A program made the translations under genes and the position numbers. Shown in pieces: positions 43,150-55,005 of a DNA stretch of 64,000 nucleotides. Position 1 is the stretch's first letter, and each line of letters starts with the position of its first letter. The notes under the pieces are model-generated. The model ran no database searches. It had not been told where the DNA came from and was given only the letters and a program-made list of their open reading frames with translations. Source of the DNA: Octopus vulgaris (Eukaryota). The stretch covers positions 11,036,001 to 11,100,000 of the forward strand of contig OX597829.1 of the NCBI GenBank assembly GCA_951406725.2. The letters are read 5' to 3'.

Positions 43150-43274
43150 TGATACCCATTTTTGCCAGCTAAGTGAACTAGAAGAAAATGAAATGTCTTC
43201 GTGCCGCTGAGAATCGAACTCACAACTTTACGATCGTGAACCGAATACCTTAGCGCTTAATCCACGCGCCTTCC
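43150..43274 (-). mobile_element. tRNA-derived SINE, fourth family
   Basis: Minus strand gaaggcgcgtggattaagcgctaaggtattcggttcacgatcgtaaagttgtgagttcgattctc, with B-box gttcgattc. Confidence 0.55.
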
Positions 43275-44009
43275 CAACAGAAAGATGAACTACAAAAGCC
43301 CCAAAATATTTGTTTTCCCCATCAAAACATACAGACATCAACATAACATACAAAAGAACCTAGTGAACCTTCTGACTTAGGAGCTTCGTAGTGTGACGAA
43401 AGGAGAAACAGGAAAGTTATCAATAATGCTGCCGCAGTCAGAATGCCTGGAAGAGTACATAGGTGGAAGTCTTCCTTTTAACCAGCTGCACATCCACATC
43501 ATCACTACCAAAACCACAACTATAGCCACAACAAAAACAAAAAGCTCAACCATATCACCATTAACCATAATTCCTAGAAAACACAAAACACAACATATTA
43601 ATAGATATCGCCAAGCTGACATGGCAGTCCAGATAAATAGGATGAATGCTGCCGTTGATTAGCTCCAAGAGGTCATCGCCTCTAGCTAGCTATGTGACAC
43701 ATAAACCTGTGTCCTTTATAACCTCCGAATAGGGGAGGTCAGCAGCTTCCCCTTGCTGGTCTGGCATCCACAGACTATTAATACGTGATATTTCTACAAA
43801 ACACAACCTCAATATAACATCAATATCAGAATCAAATGAAACCCGTTCAACTCCATTTATACCACTGTTGTGAATTAGAACAACAGTGAATCGATGAATC
43901 ATATAAGAGAAAAGTGAAACGAATGACATGAGTGGAACACTAGGAGAAAGCACAGAATTGTTTCTATTAGTTCGTCTGTCGTTGTTAACGATGACCAAGG
44001 ACATCATAT

Positions 44010-44110
44010 GGAAGAAGATGGATCATGGTGTGTCTGCCTGTGGTGAATCAGTGCGATATGTGCTCCAAAGATCTTGCCGCACACTGGTGGTCTGTTCGAA
44101 TTGAAGGTGT
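44010..44110 (-). pseudogene. RTE-clade LINE C-terminal zinc-finger remnant
   Basis: Minus strand reads PVCGKIFGAHIALIHHRQT, similar to the CxxC...IGLxSH terminus of RTE ORFs. Confidence 0.45.
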
Positions 44111-44387
44111 TCCGAATGCTTAAAGCAGAGCGGACTCCAACTAAAGTGTCCCAAGAGCAAGCTGGCGATGTTATACTGGTCAACGGTTTAAGTCAACCAA
44201 CCAAGAACCATCCTTACGTCTGGTAAGTTTCCAACCACCGAATTCCACTCACATACGTTTTGTCGACCTGGAGTTACTGTTGAAAACACTTTAGCCAGGG
44301 TGCCGTGTGGTGGGGTCGAACTCAAAACTATGTAGTCACGAAGGGAACTTCATAACAACACAAGCCATACATACTCCTTAGCGAGAA

Positions 44388-44483
44388 CTTGATCCAGCAA
44401 ACCTATTATAAAAGTAATTCTTGATCCAGCAAACCTATTATAAAAGTAATTCTTGATCCAGCAAACCTATTATAAAAGTAATT
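44388..44483. repeat. 32-bp unit x3 perfect tandem repeat
   Basis: cttgatccagcaaacctattataaaagtaatt three times. Confidence 0.95.
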
Positions 44484-45788
44484 CTAGTTATGACCATCCT
44501 GTTGATGGTCATAACTAATCTAATGTGCCGTTTAGTTGTGAAGATGGTAAAGTATGATGAAGGGGATTTGGCTGCGATTTAAAACAGATCAAACGATCCA
44601 CGTAGATTTCTTCTATCTGTTTCTTTTGATGTAGTTCTTCATCTTTTTTCAACTCAGACTACTACTAATACTGCTACCACTACTACTATTACAGCTGCTG
44701 CTGCAAGTACTTGTTCATTTTCGTTTTCTCTTCCATTATTGTCTTCCTTGATGGTGGTTCCTTGTAGATGTGACTTTCTACATGCAAAGAAATAAGTATA
44801 GAAGCAGATCTGAGGCATTTATAACTGAAATGTTCGGTTTGAATCTGCTTTTATTTAAAATTTTATAGGCAGAATTTTATTGCATTTCCGTGAACAAATT
44901 AAGTTCATAATTGTAATTATAATCGTAATTACAATTATAATTATAATCATAATTATATTTTCTAAAGTGAACATATTAAAGTTCCCTTTTGCATGATGAA
45001 ATATATATATATACCCTTATTTCACCCTGACCCTACTTCGTAATATATTCTTACTTCTCCCTCTTCTGACTGGTACCACGCAAGGCAGCAGCTGGTAATC
45101 AGGAAATCCAGGGTGAGAAAAAGATATTTTAATTACAGTTTAGCACTTTGGTTTCGTTTTCCTTATTTTATGTGAAGATAATTAGTGAAGTTGCTTTGAA
45201 ATGTTATAAAAATATGACTGATTTCATAACATGATGTCAACTTATAGCACAGGACCACTGACAGAAGTTACAGGCCTGTCCTCCACAATTGTTAATGATA
45301 TAACAGTCTCCATGCTCTGTATTTTAGGAACTGTTCAGCAGCAAGCAAGACATTGCGCTATTTGAGGATTTTGTAAAAAATATTGAAATATAAGAAATAA
45401 CGGAAGTGCCTTAAGAATATTTTGCTGAATCATTAAATATTTTCGAATGATTTTGCAAAGGGCCATAGAGTTGGGAGATTAGCTCATGACAACAAGAAGC
45501 GTGATTTGGTTTCGATTCAAGGATGAAATCGTTTCACTTTACTTGCCTGAAAATACTCTTGGGAAAATTGCAACGCCATGACTTTCCCACTCTTGAATAA
45601 AAATACAGAGTTGTATTTTGTCTATTTTTCAACAGATTGCTAACATGAAATGGAAACGTTTCAAAGATTTAATCACACGAAAGATAAATGTTAAATATCT
45701 AAACACTAACCTCCAGCGTATATCAAGATATATCTCTCTCTATATGTTTTTCCGAGTCAAGTTGATAGTCATGCCATGTGTCTATCCG

Positions 45789-45859
<71 letters not shown>

Positions 45860-46369
45860 ATGTGTGTGTGTGCTTGCGGGTGTGTATGTGTGTTTGTCTG
45901 TGTTTGCGTGTGCATTTTGTTGGGGTACTATTTCTTCGTCATGGATGTGTCGTTGTCAGCTACACATCAACACATACAAGATTACGGGAAAAGCCGAGAG
46001 AAAAACACACACATGACAATATAAAAACATGAGAATAAATCAGAATAAATGTGTACCTCGAGAGGAGCTTCACAGAATTAAGTAAATAAGTGAATTCCAT
46101 TTTGTCACTCCGTTTAAATGATTTCCTTCAACCAATACAGACCATCCTTAGTTACTCTGGACTAACTTAAATGTTATTTTATGATGAAATGTAACGTGAA
46201 GATAATTACACATTTCATAAACGAATTTAGAATATTGGGTTAGGAGCAATTAATAAGTACAGTTATAATTATTCAGTGAGAATATTGTTTTTATAATCAG
46301 AACTATATACTGAACTGATTCATTCCACAGTTTAGTTATTTGTCTCTTTCTTTAATTAATTTATTTATT

Positions 46370-46890
46370 AGTTGGTCGGTTGGTCGGTTGGTTGACTGGT
46401 TGGTGGGTTGGTTGGTTAATTGCTTTGTTGGTTGCTTCGTTCGTTTGGTTGGTTGGTTGGTTGGTTGGTTGGTTAGAATATTGGGTTAGAATATTGGTTT
46501 GTTGTTTGGTTCGCTGGCTGGTTGTTTGTTGGTTGGTTGGTTGGCTGTTGGTTGGTTTGGTAGGTTGGTTTGTTGGTGGATTGGTTGGTTGATTAATGAG
46601 TTGGCTGGTTGGTTTCGTGTTGGTCGGTCGGTTGGTGGTTTGACAAGTTGTTGGATTGGTTGCTTGCAAGGATGGTTGCTTGGTTAGTTACTTGGTTGGT
46701 TGGTCTGTTGGTCGGTTAGTGGTGGGTTGATTAGTTTGTTGGTTGGTGGATTGGTTGGCTGGCTGATTGGTCAGCTGGTTGGTTAGTTGGATGGTTGGTG
46801 GATTGGTTGGGTAAAAGGTTGGTTGCTTGGTTAGTTGCTTGGTTTGTTGGTTGGTTGGTTTGGTTGGTTGGTTGGCTGGCTGGTTGGTTA
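46370..46890. repeat. Degenerate (GGTT)n tract
   Basis: Seen directly. Confidence 0.9.
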
Positions 46891-47267
46891 CTGGATTTCA
46901 TAAAAAACTAATCTTAATTGAATAACATATAATCAGTTTTCGACCAATTAGTTTAAACCTGATGAAGACAATATTTCCACCACTGTGTGTTCATGATTCG
47001 TTAACAATTCAAATAAGTGCAACGCCAATAACTTTAGGGACAAAGAAACAGCAGAATCTGAAATTATGAACTCTGAAGTTACATAGAAAATGATGATTCT
47101 GGATTTGTTTATATGAGTTGGCTTCTAGACTTCCGTCTAATTACAATTGAAATTTGAATGACAAAAAATAGAATATAGAGAAACATTGGAAGTAACATGT
47201 TCACAAACTAATACACATACACTCAGACACACAGACTAACACAAGCATTCATACATATGTATGTATG

Positions 47268-47317
<50 letters not shown>

Positions 47318-47492
47318 GTCCCATTTTGTGGCATCCTTGGGACAACAGCATTGGGCAACAAATGAGTTGTGAGAAAATTTTAGCAGATGGAAACAGTCAT
47401 ATATATAGATATATAATCTTTACACTTTTAGCAGATAGAGTGCTTTTCTACATGTCAAAGTATTTACCCTTAGTTATAAATGCATGTATATG

Positions 47493-48096
<604 letters not shown>

Positions 48097-48325
48097 CCGG
48101 AGTAAACACATAAATGTGAAACAAGGTGGAAAAAAGAGTACTCAAATACCAGTGGTAGAGTAATATGCTTTATTTTAAGCAGCAGAAAATTCAACAAAAT
48201 CTGTTACTCTGAGTTTCTCGTTGCCGTTCATCAGACAGTTTTTGCTAGAAAAAACTGTCTGATGAACGGCAACGAGAAACTCAGAGTAACAGATTTTGTT
48301 GAATTTTCTGCTGCTTAAAATAAAG

Positions 48326-48377
<52 letters not shown>

Positions 48378-48520
48378 AAGCACATAAATGCAAAACGAGG
48401 CGGAAAAAATAAATAGTACTCGAATACCAGAGGTAGAGTAATATGCGTTATTAAAAAAGCAGCAAAAATATATCACAAAAATTGTTACTCACAATTTCAC
48501 GTTCCCGTTCGTCGGGCAGG
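48097..48520. mobile_element. Cluster of hammerhead-bearing short repeats including a perfect 76-bp-arm palindrome
   Basis: 48168-48243 is inverted at 48250-48325; second diverged copy at 48373-48520 (-). Confidence 0.85.
48255..48292 (+). ncRNA. Minimal type I hammerhead ribozyme (mirror copy on - strand at 48201-48238)
   Basis: ctgt-CTGATGA-acggcaacga-GAAACTCAGAGTA-acag. Confidence 0.75.
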
Positions 48521-48795
48521 TATGTTTAGAATGGAACAAAGATAAAGTTATAGGTAAAAATATGCAATTAGTTTGATTGATATACATTTAAAAATGTTTT
48601 TCTTTCATTGGTCCTTTCAATGACCGGTTGCATGCAATAACAGATTGCAGTATAAGTTCATCGTATACTATTAAAAATCGAAGAAAACCTTAAATCAAAA
48701 ATAGCTTATAAAGAAGAACAGAGACTAAATACCCAGGGTAAATTATTGGCTGTAAAATATTAAACAATTAATAAATTAAAAGTCATATACGTTTT

Positions 48796-48829
<34 letters not shown>

Positions 48830-48847
48830 TGAAGTGTATAAACATAT

Positions 48848-49486
48848 ATATTCATCACCTAAAGGTCGACATTGAGTTAGAACACACACATACTGCGATA
48901 TTAACCAAAAGAGAAAAACTTTCATATGGTTTTTAGTGCATAAAAGCACATCGTAGCTATCGTCAGCGGTAGACAACCACCGCTTCTTCTGCTGCCAGAA
49001 CTACCAGATCACGTGACTCACCGTTTCTTCCGGTGCCAGGACTACCAGATCGCCTGAGTTCGGCTTCTTCTGGCCTTGTCAATGATAGATAACTCTCCGT
49101 AGAAAGCAGTAACTGCTGTGCTAGCGATATACATAGAAATACAAACCCCAAAAAGGCGCTGGTGTTGCTAAAAAGCCAGAGGGCTTATAAAAAAATAAAT
49201 AGAGCAACAGAAGCAGTATTTTGGTTCTGTATTTCTATGCATATTGGTAGCGCAGCAGTTACTGTTATTTCCAGCGGTGAGGTACCTATCGCTAACAAGG
49301 CCAAAAGAGGCCGAGATCACACGATCCGGTTGTCCTGGCAACGGAAATAGCAGTGGTTGTTTACTGCCGGCAATAGCGATGATGTGCTTTTATAGACCAA
49401 GAAACTATATGAGAGTTTTTCTCTCTTCATAAACATTGCAGTATTTGTGTGTTCTAACGCAACATCCACTTTTAAGTGGTGAATAT
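48848..49486. mobile_element. ~640-bp foldback (imperfect palindromic) non-autonomous DNA element
   Basis: Left arm atattcatcacc...aaaagcacatcgtagctat...cagtaactgctg...atagaaatacaaacc pairs with right arm ggttctgtatttctatg...cagcagttactg...gatgtgctttt...gtggtgaatat. Confidence 0.8.
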
Positions 49487-50578
49487 TTCACCTTAGGGTA
49501 TTATTACCGCTTCTATACGAGAACTGTTCTGAGTAGAAGGCACTGAGACGAAGGACTTAAAATTGATAAAATAGGACAGAAAGCCCAGTTTTTAAATTCG
49601 TCTGAGTAAAACACACTTTAGGGAAGAATAGCCGGAAGAACTGTAAAGGGGAAGTTTAAAGTTAACGAACAAGTGAAACTACTGACGCTTAGCAACTACA
49701 AAGTACAATGTCCCAATTTCCAATCTGCAGCCAATCAACACACTGGGGTTGGCAAGTGAAAAATCATTAAGTCTAGTATCAGAAATAAAGGAGTAAAAGC
49801 TTAGCCTCCCAACAACTTCACGCTATCTTGCAATAAGAAATAAATATTAGGGGCGCAAATTTACAAACGATTGACAAAAAAATATGAAAATAGATAAGAA
49901 AAAGATCACTGAGCCACCATAAAACAAAGGAATGGGTGAGGAGAAAGAACAATTTATCCCAACGAGTACGAAAAAAATGATGGTGAAAAGTTAACGAACT
50001 AATATGAACTGAGATTCGCCATTCTATAAAAATCGAGCAAACAGTTGAATGACAAAATTATGCATTTTTGGTCCCACGATCTCTCTGAATAAGCTAGAAT
50101 AATATAGTTTAGTATAACACCAAAACCATTTTTGTTCAGAATATAGACAACATACAAATGACAGATTATTTGAAAATTAAAATTAAGACTAATAGACTGA
50201 TTTTAAATGAGATTACCTTCAATATATACTAAACGTCTTAAAAATGCTTATTTATTTGAGATGGTCAACTGTCTCAACAAATAATTATATTAATTAACAA
50301 AAATTAATTACATTTCCAGACACCACATATTTTACGTCTAAGTCTACAAAGATATTTCCTATGAAAAGATATGTCTATTCAAAAACTCATATGCGCCATA
50401 ATTGTATGACATTAAAAAAGCGTTCGGATAACGCCAAAGAAAACATACATGATTAAGGGGTCAAAGCATGAAAAAGGGGGATCAGTCATGTTCTGGCTGG
50501 AAGCAATATCAAAAAGGAATATCGTTAAAAGCAATATCACGATATTGTAAAAAAAGAAAGCAGAAAAATATCGCGATA

Positions 50579-50770
50579 TTTTACTCGTTTCAGCCATGCG
50601 GCTGCGGTCATTCTTGAGCACCACTGTGGTCTTTCTGATTTCCTCAGTCGGGAGTGTTTCGCATCACCACTCTTGTTTGTGCCTTTGCCCCAACTGTTGG
50701 CCCGTTTAGTGTATAAGAGAGTTTGATTCCCTTGCCCTCGTCCGCATCTCATGTTAAGCTGTTAGTTCTG
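50579..50770 (-). mobile_element. 3' end of the CR1/L2-group LINE (second copy)
   Basis: Similar to 52860-53050. Confidence 0.8.
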
Positions 50771-50794
50771 TTGGGACTGTTTCGAGGAGAAAAG

Positions 50795-51388
50795 CAATCT
50801 TTCAGGATGATAGTGCACCAATTCTCACAGCTAAAGTGGTTACTGAATGGCACGAGGAGCATTCTAGTGAAGTTGAACATCTTATTTGGCAAAACACAGT
50901 CCCCAGATCTCAATATTATTGAACATTTATGGTAAATTTTAGAAAAACAAGTCGATATCCTCCACCATCATCACTACAAGAACTGGAGACTGGAAACTGG
51001 AGAAGGCGGTGAGCTGGTAGAAATGTTGGCACGCCGGGCGAAATGCTTAGCAGTATTCCGTCTGTCTTTACGTTCTGAGTTCAAATTCCGCCGTGGTCGA
51101 ATTTGCCTTTCGATAAATTAAGTACCAGTTTATGCACTGGGCTCGATGTAATCGACTTAATTCCAATGTCTGTCCGTGTTTGTCCCCTCTATGTTTAGTC
51201 CCTTGTGGACAATAAAGAAATATGAACTGGAGACTGTTTTAGCTGAAGAATGAACAAAAATTCCTCCGGAAACAATTCAAACTTTGTAAGAGTCCATACC
51301 TCATAGAATTCAAGCTGTAATTACTGCCAAAGGCGTTCATACTCCATATTAAAATTAATTTGTTTGAAATTTTAAGGTGTTTCCATTA
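50795..51388 (+). mobile_element. Tc1 transposase 3' remnant interrupted by a SINE-B
   Basis: FQDDSAPI...QSPDLNIIEHLW; continues after the SINE with ESIPHRIQAVITAKG. Confidence 0.8.
51003..51222 (+). mobile_element. Tx1-tailed SINE-B monomer with TSD
   Basis: Flanked by aactggaga on both sides; tail gtttgtcccctctatgtttagtcccttgtggacaataaagaaata. Confidence 0.85.
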
Positions 51389-51536
51389 TATATATATGTA
51401 TGCATGTATGTATGTATATATACACGCACACACACATATTCAGGCGCGTATCTATCAACCAACTAGTGCGTGTGCGACGGCAGATGGCTAGGTATGTTGG
51501 TGGGTAGGTATATGAGTGTGTATGTATTTATGTATA

Positions 51537-52332
51537 TCTCTCTATATATAAACGGCAGTTTGTCTGTCTGTGTGCCTGTCAGGTTGTACCCTCACCCTGA
51601 CCACGGCTTTCAACCGATTCTGATGAAACTTGACACACACATAGCCCAATGTCATAATTCAAAACTAACGCAGCGAAAGTTTTGAAAAGTTCCCCCAGTT
51701 CTGAAAAAAATCGATAAATTCGACATGGGTCGAGAATCTACGCTTTTTATATGCAACACATTTTCTACAGACTATCTAGGGGACGCAACTCGACCTTTTT
51801 AACTCTCGGAACACGTGGGGTAAGTATCCCAAAATGTATAAAAATGTACAAAAACGGCAAAAAAGCGGGCAGCAATGTAAGTGACAACGACGAAAAAGTC
51901 AAAAGTGACCAAACTGAACAAACGAATGGAAAAGGTTTTTGGTGCACACGACAAAAGCGGTTTATAATAAACCAAGAGTTTGCAAGTAGCGTCCGAGGAC
52001 CCTTAGGGTACGTCAAAAATTTAAGGTAAAATGTTTGGGGTGATAGTTATAAAGAAAGTGTAAACAAAAAAGTATTCGAATAACTTGCGGCTGCAGCAGC
52101 TATTAGCAGAAGTGGCGGTGTTGGGGGTAAAGTCTCGAATGTAATTTCTTCCTGGTAGGAATTGGTTAGGTTGAATTATCGATAGCTGTTTAATAGTTAT
52201 TTGGGAGTGAAGAGAAGACATTGCAACCTACACATGCGCCTTCGTTCCCTAGAGGGAAAGGACTAGATTGGGATTAGTCGTTGCCTACTAGGGACTCTTA
52301 CATACCCGGGCAACGCCGGGCTATGCTGCTAG
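51537..52332 (+). mobile_element. Non-autonomous Helitron
   Basis: A|TC 5' end (tctctctatatataaa), (gtct)n and caaccgattctgatgaaact near the 5' end, 3' hairpin cccgg-gcaacg-ccggg then CTAG|T; no TSD. Confidence 0.85.
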
Positions 52333-52343
52333 TATATATATAA

Positions 52344-52393
<50 letters not shown>

Positions 52394-52394
<1 letters not shown>

Positions 52395-52526
52395 GGCGAA
52401 GAACCACATGGTTTCAGATTCAGGCCCATTGCGTGGCACCTTGGGCAACTGTCTTCTACTATATTGTCGGGTCGACCAAACCCTAGTGAGTCGATTTGGT
52501 AGGCGGAAACTGAAAGAAGCTCGTCG

Positions 52527-52612
<86 letters not shown>

Positions 52613-52849
52613 CGTGTGCGTGCAGATGTTTGTGTATCTGTGTTTGTCTACTCCACCATTGCTTGACAACCAATGCTGGTGTGTTCACGTTCCCGTAACT
52701 TAGCGCTTCGCTAAAAGACACCTATACAATAAGTACTAGGCTTGCATAGAATGAGTCCTGGGGTCGATTTGTTCGACTAAAGGCGGTGCTCCAGCATGGC
52801 CGCAGTCAAATGCCTGAAGCAAATAAAAGAATAAAAGAGAGTAAAAGAG
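52394..52849 (+). mobile_element. SINE-A copy lacking the A-box/target segment
   Basis: taggcgaa|gaaccacatgg...; normal 3' part. Confidence 0.85.
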
Positions 52850-52859
52850 TATATACATA

Positions 52860-54275
52860 TTACCCGTTTCAGCCATGAGGCTGCGGTCATTCTGGAGCAC
52901 CACTGTGGTCTTTCTAATTTCCTCAGTCGCGAGTATTTAGCATTACCACTCTTGTATATGCCTTTGTTATAGCTTTTGGCCCATTTAGTGTATAAGGGAG
53001 TTTGTTCCCCTTGCCCTCATCTGCATCTCATGTTAGGCTGTTGGTTCATCTGGTATTGTGGAGAAGAGGATGTCTAGTTCCTTTTTGAAATCATCTACTT
53101 CCACCTGATGCAGATTTTAAAAATTTTTGTGGCAAGGCATTGAAGAGCTGTGGGCCTCTAAACCCTAGTCTATTGTAGTATGCATCCTGAATTTTGATGG
53201 AGTGGTTGGTGCGTTTGGTACAATACAATGGCGGCCAGTTCTAATATTTGTATAACACTCAATGCCCGAAATTAGGTACCTGTCCTAGAGTTTTTCATAT
53301 GTAGATTATTGCACACCTCTCGCGTCTTCGCTCCAGGGACTAAAGATGCAGTTCTCTCAGCCTATCCTTGTAGCTCATCCGCTGCACTTTCAAACTCTAT
53401 AGCATAGTAGCGTTAGACTGCTTCAAGCTCCACTGTTACTTTGGTACTGTGTGGTGACAATAACTGGGAGCAGCAGGGTCAACATAGTTTCTTGGTTTCT
53501 TGTCTTGGAGGAACTCAGCATCCATTCTGCCAGTTGTTTGCACTTGGCTGCCATTTTGATAATATGCATATGAAATGATGCGTCATTGCACATACTGATC
53601 CGCAAGTCTTTCTCTGCCTGTAACTCTAGGATTGTAGTACCTTCGGGTCCCTTATATGTCGGCTGTAGTGCATTCATGACTTGATAGTACAGTATTTGAA
53701 ATTTTCCAGCATTAAACTGCATGTTGTTTATTTCGGCCCACTTGTATATCGAATTCAGGTTCCGCTGTAAGCTTGCGATGTCATGATTTTTTGTTGCCTG
53801 TGATAATTTTGTATCATCGGCATGGCTAGTGACAGTGGCTGTCCAAGTGAACGTGGGCATGTCTAAAAGGGTTATTATGAACAGTAATGGCCTCAGAATA
53901 GTTCCTTGGGAAACGCCACTTATGATTTGAGTTTCCTCAGAAAGGGCACCATTGGCTGCAACTACCTGACTTCTGCCTTTAAGGAATTCATGCAGCCACT
54001 CTCCTACTTTACCAGCAATGCCAAGGTTTCGTAGCTTATGAGATATCATGCCGTGATCTACCTCAACAAATTCCTTTGGAAAGTCAAGGTATATCACGCT
54101 GACGTATGAATGTTTCAAAACCCAGTCAAAGTACTGCAGGAGTTGTACGAGGAAGCCTCTTCCTGGACGCAAGCCATGTTCTGTATTGTTCATTTGGTCA
54201 TTTTCTTTTAGGAACATTATCAGCTTCTTTCTGATGATTCGCTCCATGACTTTACTAATAGACACTGGCCTTTAG
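52860..54275 (-). mobile_element. 5'-truncated CR1/L2-group LINE (degenerate RT + 3' UTR)
   Basis: VIYLDFPKEF..VDH, SGVSQGTILRPLLF, HADDTK, WAEINNMQFN..K, EKDL; the 3' end matches the SINE-A tail. Confidence 0.85.
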
Positions 54276-54332
54276 CTTTTGGCCTCTCTGTATATGTTAT
54301 TGCATGTATGCATGTATGTGTTTCCATACATT

Positions 54333-54387
<55 letters not shown>

Positions 54388-55005
54388 TCTTTTACTCTTT
54401 TACTTGTTTCAGTCATTTGACTGCGGCCATGCTGGAGCACCGCCTTTAGTCAAGCAAATCGAACCCGGGACTTATTCTTTGTAAGCCCAGTACTTATTCT
54501 ATCGGTCTCTTTTGCCGAACCGCTAAGTGACGGGGACGTAAACACACCAGCATTGGTTGTCAAGCAATGCTAGGGCGACAAACACAGACACACAAACATA
54601 TACACACACGCTTATATATATATATATACATATATACGACAGGCTTCTTTCAGTTTCCGTCTACCAAATCCACTCACAAGGCATTGGTCGGCCCGGGGCT
54701 ATAGCTGAAGACACTTGCCCAAGATGCCACGCAGTGGGGCTGAACCCGGAACCATGTGGTTGGTTAGCAAGCTACTTTATTTCATATAATTTGCCATTTA
54801 GGCATTTACAAAGAGGGGACAAACAAGGACAGACAAATATAAAGGGTGAAGTAGCTTAACACAGTTACAATTTTCGAATGAAATTACGGATAAGATTATA
54901 AACAATGAATTTTACGAAGGCAATGTTTAAAAATATTAATGATCATGTCGAAGGACGGACACCCAGCCATCCGGGTAGAACCTTTACTTTCTGATCCGGT
55001 CACAC

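Noticed and set aside
44388-44483. CRISPR-like repeat array
   Set aside because: No spacers, eukaryotic context, no cas genes.
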